From positions 1 to 33,436 of the forward strand of contig CAJVPI010000359.1 of the NCBI GenBank assembly GCA_910592345.1: a stretch of 33,436 bases of DNA, read 5' to 3'. Under the pieces are notes generated by a model that was given only the letters and a program-made list of their open reading frames with translations, did not search any database and was not told the DNA's origin. Numbering within the stretch: the stretch's first letter is position 1; every line of letters starts with the position of its first letter. The stretch is from Paraglomus brasilianum (lineage: Eukaryota). Made by a program: the position numbers and the translations under genes. Positions 22,001 through 33,436 of this stretch are shown here, piece by piece.

Positions 22001-22780
22001 ATTCACACTCAAATCAATTGTGTTGTCTACATCTGACTCGGAAGTAGGACTTGTGATGTACTTCTGTCGCAAATCAGCATAATGTTGGCGTTCCTTGTGA
22101 AGTGTTAATGACCACGTTGAAGTGTCTACGCTCGGGAGGTAAGAAAGATATAACTAGAGACAAGATAAACAAGAATTATTAGCTATATAGTCAAATGTTT
22201 GAATCTGAGAAGCAAGCAATCATAAGCAACGAGTGAATACACGAGATCCTTTAAAAAAGAAAACCGATCTTTCAATGAACAATAGTGAAGTAAATTCAGT
22301 TACATTTTCGTACCAGAAACAAAACTTTACACGATTGGGTTATTAAAATGACATTTTACAATTTTTGGGATTTCCTCTCCAAACTGAACGAATGGAATGT
22401 ATTAACAACTAGTAAAGGTCACATCGTAGATTTCAAATGACAAGGGAAAGGGTCTCGCGATATAATTTGTCAAAGAACCAATTAACGAACCAACGGATCG
22501 CAATCATAACTCTGAAGACATAGAAATAGCTCTACCACATTGGCCATGGAATTTTACACACCTTCCAACAGACAGATCGAAGGCCATTTGAACAAAAGTT
22601 CCCCTTAACACCCTTTTCCCTAAGGGAAGTCAAAGTCAACAAAGGATCCCTAAAAATGTACTCCCATTTCACTCTATGAAGCAGAAGTTTGAATCAGTAT
22701 ATACTGTTTGTTGACATTATCTTCGGAAACTGTTTAATTCTCACTACATACTTTGCCTGTTCAAGTGTAAGTTTGCTCAT
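19015..22780 (-). CDS. TBC1D5: TBC-domain Rab GTPase-activating protein, TBC1D5-like, multi-exon
   Basis: The spliced frame runs MSKLTLEQAK|VKWEYIF...GLRSVCWK|...VNHPLSLDES|NPWQQYY...IRQDVERT|FP (Arg finger)...SYRQGMHELLAP (Gln finger)...VEHDTF...LEIEPQLYG|.RWIRLLFGREF. It ends in a long Ser-rich tail finishing EDPLGVL*. Confidence 0.88.
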
Positions 22781-23154
22781 TTTGTGTTTGCACATCAAGG
22801 GGTTTCCTCGTGTGTTTATTGTGTTTATGAAATGACGTCACAACTTATTCATTATTCCAACTCGAGCACCTTTATTCTATCAGGTCGTAAATCCCAAAAT
22901 ACGTGAATATAAATAAATTAGCATAATGTCATACTAAAATTACTAAGTACTAAATCTAAGACCAGAGTAGACTTGTTCAATTATATGTGTCCTGGACGAG
23001 TTAAGAGAAATGCGTGCAAGCAGACAGTCATTTTCTTCTCATAAATGTATTAACAAATTGACCGATTCAATTGCAACCATATTAGGTCAGTTTGTCCATT
23101 CAACAATACATATCTATCCGCATTCAGACACTTCGGGTTAGAGTATTTTAAACC

Positions 23155-24706
23155 CTACTCTTCATCCTCGGGTGGAAGCCCATCATCAACTAACAAAAAA
23201 TAGGATAAAATAAACCTCACAGAACTTCCACTGTTATGCAAAGGACATAAAAAGTTATCCATTACCTCTCCTTCTGTAGATCGTGATTTCCTGCTGTTTG
23301 AAATAGCGACGATTTTCTTCATCAACCAACACCAAATTTAAATAATATCTGGTGGAAAATTTCTTGTTGACGTCACGGAAAGTTGGTGTTAACTCGAAGC
23401 CACCAAGAAAGAGGCGAATAGGAATTGTTTCGCCTACAGCATCAGAGTAATTATGAAAGTGTACGCGGACATATACTCGTGCACAACGATCTTCAACTTA
23501 CCACGCACAGGTGCTCCGTCCATAATTTCGAACTTGGTTATAGTCTCACTTTCATTATACTGATTAGGGGCTGAAGACGGAAGCTATTAATTAATTGCAA
23601 ACGTACTCGATCCAATGCACTCAAAGTACAGAAGATGTCGCACCTGCCCCTGTAGTCTCTCGCCGGATGATGGATAATTCCATATGTTTAATCTTTATAC
23701 GCACTAACAGGAAATAAATCTTCCCGACGATCACATCCTTGAGATGGTATCTGTGTAATGAGATTGCCGCTGATACTTATACGAGATTGTTTGGAATGCT
23801 CTATATATAGTCAAAGATACTGACAGAGTGAATACCTTGATTTGTTATATTCAAACTCGATATGGAGGCAGTCTTCTATACCGACTTCCATTTTAATGGA
23901 GTTATTACTATCTGGTGGCATACGATATGAGTATACCCAGATATCTTTCTCTTTCACAATGTCTGTGAGACGCCTCGAGATTGTGATTCGGACGAAATAT
24001 CTATCGAGTTATTTTAATCGTCGTTAACGCCGGAAGGGACCATTGTCCAGCTACATTAGAGACCTATTTACCTCAACTTAACGTTGATCCCATGGTAGCT
24101 TTCATACTGCTTCTCGACATTCTTGAATTCAAACTCGTACATTTTAGGCTGACGTATTTCGCCAGGAATGTCTAATTCCTGAACTAACGAAAGAAACTCA
24201 TAATGATTTCCTCTATCATAAAATAGTTCTATGGGATTAAATACTGATGTTAATCGTATTATATTACTAATTTGCAGATAAAATCTTGACGAGCGCTTTT
24301 GAATAAAGATAAGTAAAACTCGTACCGATGTTTCCAACAAACTCTATCTTGATTCCTTGATGTTCAAGTTTCTTGCCATCACGCGGCCTTATCGTAACCT
24401 GCAAGACAAAGAGTATTACTCGATATATAGAGGAAACCATAATACAGCAACCATTTTCTGTAACCAATCTACCCTTCCGGTAACAGTTTCCCCATCCATG
24501 TATAGAGGAAACCTGTCACGTCGTTCTTTGTCCACCTTCACTTCAACAAGCTTCCTCTGTTCTTCGCCATTAAAACGTATATCGACGTCGACTGGTGCAC
24601 TAAGCCCAAATAAAGCCTACACATTTAAAACATTATGAGGCCTCTTAGCCGACATACAGAAAAACGCGTTTGATTGTTCTTCAGGAATACATACAGCGAC
24701 TGACAT
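23155..24706 (-). CDS. VPS26: Retromer subunit VPS26, multi-exon
   Basis: MSVA|ALFGLSAPVDVDI...DGETVTG...KLEHQGIKIEFVG...KNVEKQYESYHGINVKLR|YF...IKMEVGIEDCLHIEFEYNKS|.YHLKDVIVGKIYFLLVRIKIKHMELSIIRRET...FEIMDGAPVRGETIPIRLFL...RRYFKQQEITIYR, all with GT-AG introns. Confidence 0.97.
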
Positions 24707-24843
24707 ATTCACACGCTTAAGAAGACAGCAAAGTTTCGGAAACAATCTAAGGAATTATAACACAAACGTTGTCATATGACTAGCTGATGTTCTCGTCCAA
24801 TACAACCAAGTCATCCGATCTTGTCTTCAAAAATTTAGTGACA
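24707..24843. promoter_or_regulatory. Compact divergent (probably bidirectional) promoter region between VPS26 and ValRS
   Basis: Only 137 nt separate the VPS26 ATG (24706, minus) from the ValRS ATG (24844, plus). Confidence 0.6.
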
Positions 24844-27800
24844 ATGTTTTCATCAAAGATTCATAGGCTACGGCATTGCCACTTCATACTTCGACACCGT
24901 TTAATAAGACATCCACGACCAGTTATTGGTCTCGATATCAGGAGACTCGCAACAGTGACAAAACCTTCGCGCAAGCTTGCGAATAGTTACGACCCAGTAA
25001 GTAGTCCGAAATGTTACCCGACGTCAATCATGATAATAAACCTAATTGATATTACGACCCATGTAATATTATTGAGACAACTGTGGAAGAAGGGTGGTAT
25101 GAATGGTGGGAAAGCTGCGGTACGTTTATAGTATGTATTGTGTTCTCCATGAAAATATGTATTCGCACTCACGAAGACGAACGTGTTTAGGCCTTTTTGC
25201 CGCGGTAGGAGGCGAGCAGTGCGAAAACCCTCCTGATTTCGTTATGCTATCACCGCCACCCAATGTCACAGGATATTTGCACATAGGACATGCATTAACT
25301 TTCAGCATTCAGGTTTATAACTGAAAAGATTTAATTCATATTATATGTTTATACTTGCAAGTATGTTTTATTTATTTATTCATTTATTATAATAGGACGC
25401 TATTGTTCGATGGCGGCGAATGAGCGGTTGTCGTGTTTCATGGATACCGGGAACTGATCATGCTGGAATAGGCACGCAGTCAGTAGTAGAACGTAAATTA
25501 TTGAAGGAAAAAAATGTGTGTTTGAATAAGTTTAATTTTTCGCGACAATCAGATATTACCTAACGTCTTTTCTTTATAGTTAACGCGACACGATTTTAGT
25601 AGAGAAGCATTCGTCGAGGAAATCTGGAAATGGCGTTCTCAACATGGGGATCGTATTATTAGACAATTGGTATATACCATAAAGCAATTTGATTTTCTCG
25701 TCACATTCTCGTAACATAATATAGATTGCTTTACGACCTAGAGACGATTAGGAGCTTCACTCGATTGGGATAAACTGTTCTTTACAATGGATGCACCACG
25801 TTCTCAAGCTGTTACCAATGCCTTTTTGAGACTTTATCAGGATGGCCTAATATATAGGGATACGCGCCTGGTTAACTGGTGTTGCGCGCTGGAAACAGTG
25901 ATTTCTGATATAGAAGTAAGTAAAGTATTCATGCTCTTATGAATCTGTAATTGTTAATTTATTCAAAGTATTATTGCAAAGGTAGATTATGAGACGGTCA
26001 GCCAGCAGACCACGTTGAAGTTACCAGGACGTGATAATGGGTACAGAACATTCGTGTTCAATTGACGAATTTTTACTTCACTTGATATGTGAGATATACA
26101 TGGTTTTTTATATTTTTCTTATTTTTTCTGTATTTCGAAAAGGGTTGAATTTGGCGTTTTGCATAAAGTTGCATATCCCGTTGCGGATGAATCTACTGAA
26201 TTGAAAGAGGTTGTAGTTGCAACCACACGAATAGAAACAATACTGGGAGATGTCGCCGTGGCCGTCCATCCGGAGGATCCACGTTACAAGGTCTGTTATA
26301 ATAGAAGGTTATTTATATTTTTAATCAATTCCATGTTTCGCTATTAAGATAATCATGTTTTTTAGGCTTTACACGGAAAGGAAGTTATACACCCCTTGCT
26401 CAATAAACGCATGCCAATTGTCTGTGATGCAGAACTTGTTGACTTGGATTTTGGAACCGGTGTTGTGAAGGTAGGTTATTATGATCCTATAAATATCTTA
26501 GGCCTTCTGTGTATACTAACAACATTTCTTAGCTTACGCCTGCCCACGATCCCAATGATTATAATTGTGCGCGTAGACACAATCTTCCGTTAATTAATAT
26601 ATTCAACAAAAATGGTACATTCAATGAGAACTGTGGAATTGCAGGCTTAGTTGTAAGTACGGACACTTTCTTGTGGGATTACGCCTTCTCGAGTTATTGT
26701 ACTAACTTGATTTGTACTAGAATAAAGATCGGTTTGATAGTAGGCAGGAAATTATTGATAGACTCGGTACTGTTAACTGTTATCGAGGCAAAGATGTATC
26801 ACATGAGATGAGAATTGGTCGTTGTTCGCGCACTGGAGATATCATTGAACCTCTCTTGCAACCACAATGGTACTACTTGTTATAATTGTGGTTAATTTTT
26901 AATCCCTAATTGACATACTCGTGATCTATATGTAGGTATGTCAGATGTAAGGATCTCGCAAACAGAGCCTTGCAGGCTGCGGCTAGTGGTGAGCTCATTT
27001 TTGAGCCCGCATATCATATAAAGGAATGGAATCACTGGCTCGGTATGTCTGCACTCCTTCGACGCGTTTCGATCTGTATTGAATTTCGATCGCAGTCTTA
27101 ATTTTACTTTCGTTAATTAGAAAATATTCAAGACTGGTGCATTTCCAGGCAATTGTGGTGGGGACATTCCATTCCTGCGTTTCAGTTGTCATTTCCCGAA
27201 AGCGATCATGATGGTAAATACTAATATTACGGGGATCCTTCATGTCGACAATATAACTATTATCATGACTGAAACAGACATTTATCTAGCTAAGAGTACA
27301 TGGATCGTCGCCAAGTCCAATGATGAAGCAGAAGGTCTCGCGAAAACATATCTTCGGTCGAATTTTATGGATATTAGTACGCCTTACATTCTGAAGCAGG
27401 TTCAAACACTTGGTTTCAATTTATACGAACATAAGATCAGTTATTTATCTTTGCACTTTCTAGGATGAAGACGTATTGGATACTTGGTTTTCGTCTGGAT
27501 TGTTACCACTGTCAGCCTTAAATTGGACTGGGAACGATGAATTGCCCGTAAGTGTAAACTGACCAACGACTCGACGTCTTATCTATAGAATTGATGCGAT
27601 TTTCTTATAGGCAAAATATCCGACCTCAATGATAGAATCAGGCTTTGATATATTATTCTTTTGGATAGCACGAATGACAATGCTTTGTACATATTTTGCT
27701 GGGAAGCCACCTTTTAAGAACGTACTTTTACATGCTATGGTATGGATTGCTCAAGTGTTTTCTATCCAATCAGCAAGGACAATCTTCTTCTTTTCTAATT

Positions 27801-29652
27801 GAAGGACCTTTTCTGTTCAAGGTACGCGATGTGCAAGGTCGAAAGATGTCCAAATCTTTGGGAAATGTCATTGATCCGCTTGATGTTATAGATGGTATCA
27901 CTCTTGGAAAAATGAAACAAGTGTTAAATGAAAGCAATTTGCCTCATTCCGAAATCAACAGAAGTGAAACTATGTTGTCTAAAGAGTATCCACAAGGAAT
28001 TCCAGCCTGCGGAACAGATGCTTTACGATTTTCATTAGTGAATTTCACAGAACATGTAGGTTATCCTTTGTCATATATCTTTTAAGCGGCCCTTATTTCG
28101 TGAAACTGTTATAAATTGCTCTTACTATCTACTTTAAACGATAAACATTATCGTAAAAGGAAACGTTAAACTAAAGATATTTCCTTCCGTAGACGCGGCA
28201 AATAAACCTTGACATTTCGCCAATATTAGCTGCCAAGCATTTCGGAAACAAAATTTGGAATCTGTTCAATTTTGCGTTCACAAGATTTGAAATTCTGAAC
28301 TATAAGACAAACGTCACGACTTCAAGGACTCTGGCGGTAGATGAGTTAGAAGACAGGCTTTCTCTCGTGGATCGCTATGTTTTGTCAAGATTAGCGGATA
28401 CCGTGAGTAGAGCGCAGGATGCATTTACAGCCCTTCGATTACATGAAGCGACCACTGCAATAAGAAATTTTATTTGGGAAGACTTGTGTGATATATATCT
28501 TGAGTTTGCGAAGCCAGTATTATATGGTACTCATACGCAGGTTGAAAAGGAGGTAAACAGATGACGAAGGTAGACACAATAAATCGTCGTCTAGATTTCA
28601 AGGTTAACGGGTCGTTGTCGTTAAATAGGCCCAATATGCGACTTTACGAGTATTGGACGTATGCCTGGATGTCTCGCTTAGGCTGTTGCATCCATTTATG
28701 CCATTTATCACAGAGGTAGTAAAAAGACTGATTACATGCTCTTTAGATAACTTACACTAACTTTTAATTTTGTAAAGGAATTATGGCAGAATTTGGCAAA
28801 GATGACGACGAATGAATTGGTACCCAAGTCGTTAATGCTTGCAAGTTATCCTGAAACTCAAAACTTTGTCAACTGGAAGAACGTCAAGATTGAGAATGAT
28901 ATGAAAGTAAGTTCTATAATCATTCTCGATTGTAAACGTTGTCAAAAATTTAAAGCTAAACCTTATTTTAACAGAGCATCTTGAGCGTCATACATGCATG
29001 CCGCTCGTTGCGACAAAATAATCATATTCCTATCAGTCAGCATTTACCCTTTATATTGAGCACAGACGATGCAAATGTCCTAAGCGATGATGGCCCAATA
29101 AAGAAATACTTTAACGATATACGCATCTTTGCAAAAGCTTCTCAGCTTAAGTTAATTGATTCAAAGGTGATCAAAGGCTGTCCATGGTTTATATATTTCA
29201 TATCTAATGCCATTCCAATTTGAATTTACTGCGCTGTCCACGTTTCAGGATGAAATGAATGCAACGGAGTTGGATAAAACTGTGGTTGTCACCTTAACGA
29301 ATCCGAATGTTAAAGTACACATCCCACTGTCCGAGCTTGTAAGAGCACAGTCTAATGGAAGGAATGCTACTGACGAGCAAGTCGACAAACTGAATAGAAC
29401 GTTGAAAAAAATTGAGGGGAATCTAGATAATCTAAAGCAGAAGATGTCCAAGGCCGAGTATGAAGACAGGGTTCCGGACAAGATCAAAGAGCGGGATAGG
29501 TAGGCATGCACCTTCTGTGATTTTAAAAGATACAGGAACATTACTAACAGCATTTGGTACATAGAAAACTACTGGCCGAATTAGCGGGAAAGCAACGCGA
29601 ACTGATTAGTAACATTGAACTCATCAAAAAGTCGTTGTGCGATACGACATAA
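24844..29652 (+). CDS. Valyl-tRNA synthetase, probably mitochondrial, highly multi-exon
   Basis: Motifs seen are [15 protein letters not shown] (HIGH), [73 protein letters not shown] and [14 protein letters not shown] (KMSKS), plus a C-terminal coiled coil and TAA at 29650-29652. The N-terminus is Arg/His-rich and acid-poor ([26 protein letters not shown]). Confidence 0.95.
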
Positions 29653-29776
29653 GAGACATTTATAAATATGCTTTATGCAGTCCATATGAGATTTATAAAT
29701 AAAATCATCTCTTGACTTTTTCACTTTGTTTAATATTCTACATTTTCAAAAGTCGACTTTCATGCCGGCTGCTTAT

Positions 29777-31032
29777 TTAATCCTTCTCGACAATACGTTG
29801 CAGATGATCTTCAATTTCTGCAGTAGACAACGTCCGGAACTTTCGATCTTCTACTGTGACAATACCAATCTCAATCTCAGTTGCTTTGAAGTCAGCTGAG
29901 AGTATAGATGACAACGTCGTGATAGCCAACTACATACATCATCGAGATTATTAGACAGGACACTGTGCATCACATGCATGTATAATTCGTCCATTAACTA
30001 ACCTCTATAGTTTCTTCGGTGCCTAATTGGGGATCCTTTTTCAGCTTCTTCTCTAAATGATTCAAGGCTTCTTGTTTTTTAGCACCTGCAGCGGTGGCTT
30101 TACATCCAACATAATAGCCAGCAGGGTCGCACTTGAATAGTTGCGGACCACGTTCGTCATCGTATCCGATTAAAATCATTGCTGAGTTTAAGATATTATT
30201 AGATCGATATATTAATCACAATCCTCACAGATATTAAGATTTACTTACAGACACCCAGTGGTCTCATTGCAGCGTGCTGCGTATATACTTGGTTAATATT
30301 TGCAACACGTTTAGCGAGCATGTCTGTGGGCATCTCGTAGCCATTCTTGTAACGAAATTCAGCCGCTTCACTGCGTGCTCGGGAGACTTGAGCACGCGCA
30401 TCAGCTATAGAAGCAGGTATACTTTTCGGTCAGTAATACAAAATAGTATAGAAGTTATAAATGTGAGCTTACTAACCAATCATGCCTGTCATAACACACC
30501 CAACATATGGTGTCAGTCGAAAAATATGAGTCACCGTTGATGGATCAAGCAACTTGTCCTTAAGGGATAGCGAGAATGAGGATACAATAAAATATCATGC
30601 AGTGAAATTAAACGATTTCTCAATCAAATTACCGGAATCTTCTTCTGAGTTACGATTATAACGGAATCTTTTCCACGAACCCCAACGGATGTCATTCCAG
30701 AATTGGATATTGCTTTGAAGGCATACTCTGGTATCGGAGAAATGGTTGAATCATTGATTTGTTGCACATGGATATATATGCATATAAACTCAAAGACATT
30801 CTCCAAAAAGAATCTAATGACTATCGAATGAGAATTTTCTCCCACTGACTTGTAATTCACAAAGCACTTACCGACTTGATACAGTCGGCCCTCTGGAGAG
30901 AAAATGGTTATATGACGATCATATCCAGCACTTGACCCTGTAAAGAGAAAGCTTTTGCCGTCAAGATTTCAGCAATATGTTGTCATTTTTCATATAAAAT
31001 TCGACTTTTAATACATAATTACCGCGACTCAT
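29777..31032 (-). CDS. SCL1: 20S proteasome subunit alpha-1 (PSMA6/Scl1), multi-exon
   Basis: [32 protein letters not shown]...VGVRGKDSV...[16 protein letters not shown]...[12 protein letters not shown]...[10 protein letters not shown]...[10 protein letters not shown]...IVEKD*. Confidence 0.96.
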
Positions 31033-33157
31033 TGTGCACGTAGAGAAAGATGTATAGATGTATACCGACCGTTACGATTGCCGTTACGTATTTTTATTAT
31101 TCCATGTGTTACTTAAATGAATACGTCACAATATGATAATCACCTGATAGCGTGCATAATTTACGCCAAATTCGGAATTTTCAATAGTAAATACTACAAA
31201 TACTATGCATTTAATTTCGTGTGTTCTTTATTAAGCACGCACAGCTAAGGTGGACCTCTAGAGCTGTTTTTTTCACATCGTAAGTATTACATGTTTGAGA
31301 TTAATAGTGGGATGGGTGAGCTTATTATAATCTGATTTAAATAATATGCATTTAATGAAGCGACGAAAACGTAAGAAATAAAAAGGTTCTTGCGTGACCT
31401 TTATGCTTACTCTTAGTTTAATGTCAATGTTTGCCCATTGCTTGAAATAAAACATATAACTTTTGGACACAATTTACGAGAATAAGTAAGGTCTTCCTTA
31501 GCTCTAAATTTTCAATAATTTTTTTTCTTTTTCTTTCGTGTTGGTTCTGTTTATTCGACAATAGTCGAAAGTCACTTTACATCTAGCTAGAAAAACTCAC
31601 TTATTCAATAATAATAAACACCGATTTGGTTATACCAGATAGAATTAATAAAGCAAAACACTCTTCCAACGTGGCTAGTTCAGCTTCTTATAGACTCTTA
31701 TTGCAGGGGGGTAAGACACTTCCTTTTGCCCATAAAATGAAAATTTGCCCGGCCCAACACCAAAACGATATTCTCGCGTTAGTTGAATGTCATTTCAATC
31801 TACATCCAGCTAATACCAACTGGATCCAAAGGACTTTTTTTAACGTGAAAAAATTCCGTTATTGCACTTTGATAAGATTTGAATCGTCGATGTCTTTAAT
31901 AAACTCTGAACTTCAGTTTCAGATAAAGATCTTGGTCAAACTAGAAGAAGGAGAAAGTCAAGGTTTTGCGCTATGATATAAATACTTATCGTGTGCATTT
32001 CATTGCTAAGCAGGAATTCATTATTACGCATATACAATTTATTGAAACATAATACGTACGTATTATACTAAGGCAACGACGCACCAGTGGTTTGATCGGA
32101 ACGTGGCTGTTTCGTATTGTTGAATTAACAATATGCACTTGTATTCTCTGCTCTAAAACAAAAGTTTTTAGTACTAAACAAAAATTTCACGTCATCAGAG
32201 ATCAAAAATAATGTACATACATTTCACCGACAAATATTTACCAACATTATTTCGAATTTATCCTTTTTTAGTAGTTAATTGTCGGTGAAATGATTGTCGA
32301 TGAAATAATACGGACCCGTTGAATTGTTGTTGAAGCCGTTGCATTTCCCGTCGCAATTCTTGCAATAATAACGCGTCATGGATTTTTTTGTCAATTAACC
32401 GTGATTTACAGTTTTCGTCATTTTCAGATCTAAGCCCCAAGTTTCTTTTATCAAGCTCCGACTTCTCAATATCCAATTTTCGAAAATGTCAGCTCAGCTT
32501 ATTTATATGATCGACTGTACTGAAATAGTAATAATATTCACCGAATATCACGTGAGACCAACTTATCGATATTGGAGAAGAATTTTGACCGAGTTAGGCC
32601 AAAACCGACTTATCGAGTGAGAATTGTTTATTTTGTGAGTTTGTAAACTTTTAACAGGAAATGGCCCCAAATACGAGTGCATGGAAAGTGAGATTTTTAA
32701 GAAGTGTAAGCAGCCACCTTAGTAAGAGTGAGCATCTAGTCTAAAAATATTGGATGCAACTATTAAGCATAATGCAAATACAACTGCTTTAAAAGTTTTA
32801 AATCTTCAAGAGATAGATGCAAGTGCTTAATTACCAAATAAATGTTTGGAGGTGTCAGATGTTAACTCTTTCTTTGTATTTAGTTCAATGATGACTTTCA
32901 ACCTCAAAAAGAGTCCTCAGCAAAGTGGAAAAAATAATCTATTACTATTTCAAAAGAGGTTAGTATCTTGATAAAAGTCTATTTTAATTTACCAGGAATC
33001 TTGTAGTGGACATGTTTTAATAATTTATTATACAGAGGTTTGCAAAAAAAAAAAATTAGACAAATTAACTTGCTCATTTCTGCACAGCCAGTATTTCAAA
33101 TGTCGCATGATCTATATCATTCAAAAGCTTAAAACAAGTAGTTTTATTTATGCATTA

Positions 33158-33350
33158 TTATTGGGAAATTTGATCGCCATTATTTTCTAGCACTAGATCA
33201 CACGGTCTCTTTATTGATTCTACCAAACTAATTAGGGAGAGTTTCTGGAATAGAACTCCATTTTTTCGTCATAAAATGTTCTAATAAATCTAGATTTTCG
33301 GGTATGCATTTTCTCACATGTCTTTTAACAATGGCCCAAAGATTTAATAT
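33158..33350 (-). mobile_element. Tc1/mariner-type transposase C-terminal fragment (relic)
   Basis: The minus strand reads NLWAIVKRHVRKCIPENLDLLEHFMTKKWSSIPETL, a frameshift, then LISLVESIKRPCDLVLENNGDQISQ*. This matches the Tc1 C-terminal pattern (E)NLW..LKR.V....P.N...L......EW..IP......LV.SM..R...VI...G. Confidence 0.75.
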
Positions 33351-33436
33351 TAATTAATATTAACAAGGTTTAAAGTCTGAACTATTAGCAAATTAGTATA
33401 TAATTTCAGGAGCATATTTTTCAAGAAATGCTTGGC

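Noticed and set aside
8663..31032. U12-type (minor) introns
   Set aside because: No GTATCCTT/ATATCCTT donor was seen at any exon boundary traced. The traced introns are ordinary GT-AG.
1..33436. CRISPR-like arrays, tRNA or rRNA genes
   Set aside because: No regularly spaced direct repeats, cloverleaf or rRNA-like sequence were recognised by eye, including around the Fanzor relic.

Overview
AT-rich, intron-dense eukaryotic DNA that reads as a fungal genome. The gene content suggests an early-diverging lineage such as Glomeromycotina/Mucoromycota; this is inference only. The right part (8.6-31 kb) is a housekeeping block: a USP12/46-type deubiquitinase, a 4-finger C2H2 factor, a TBC1D5-like RabGAP next to retromer subunit VPS26, a mitochondrion-targeted valyl-tRNA synthetase and proteasome alpha-1. 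The left 7 kb is accessory. It holds an intronless ubiquitin-ADP-ribosyltransferase fusion, a 7-exon Uma2-type PD-(D/E)XK nuclease gene missed by the ORF track, a frameshifted IQR-motif ORF, a decayed Fanzor2/IS607-TnpB-like RNA-guided nuclease gene and a Cys/His-rich metallothionein-like gene. A Tc1/mariner transposase fragment lies at the right edge. Exon structures were read by hand from GT-AG sites and frame continuity. No database searches were run.
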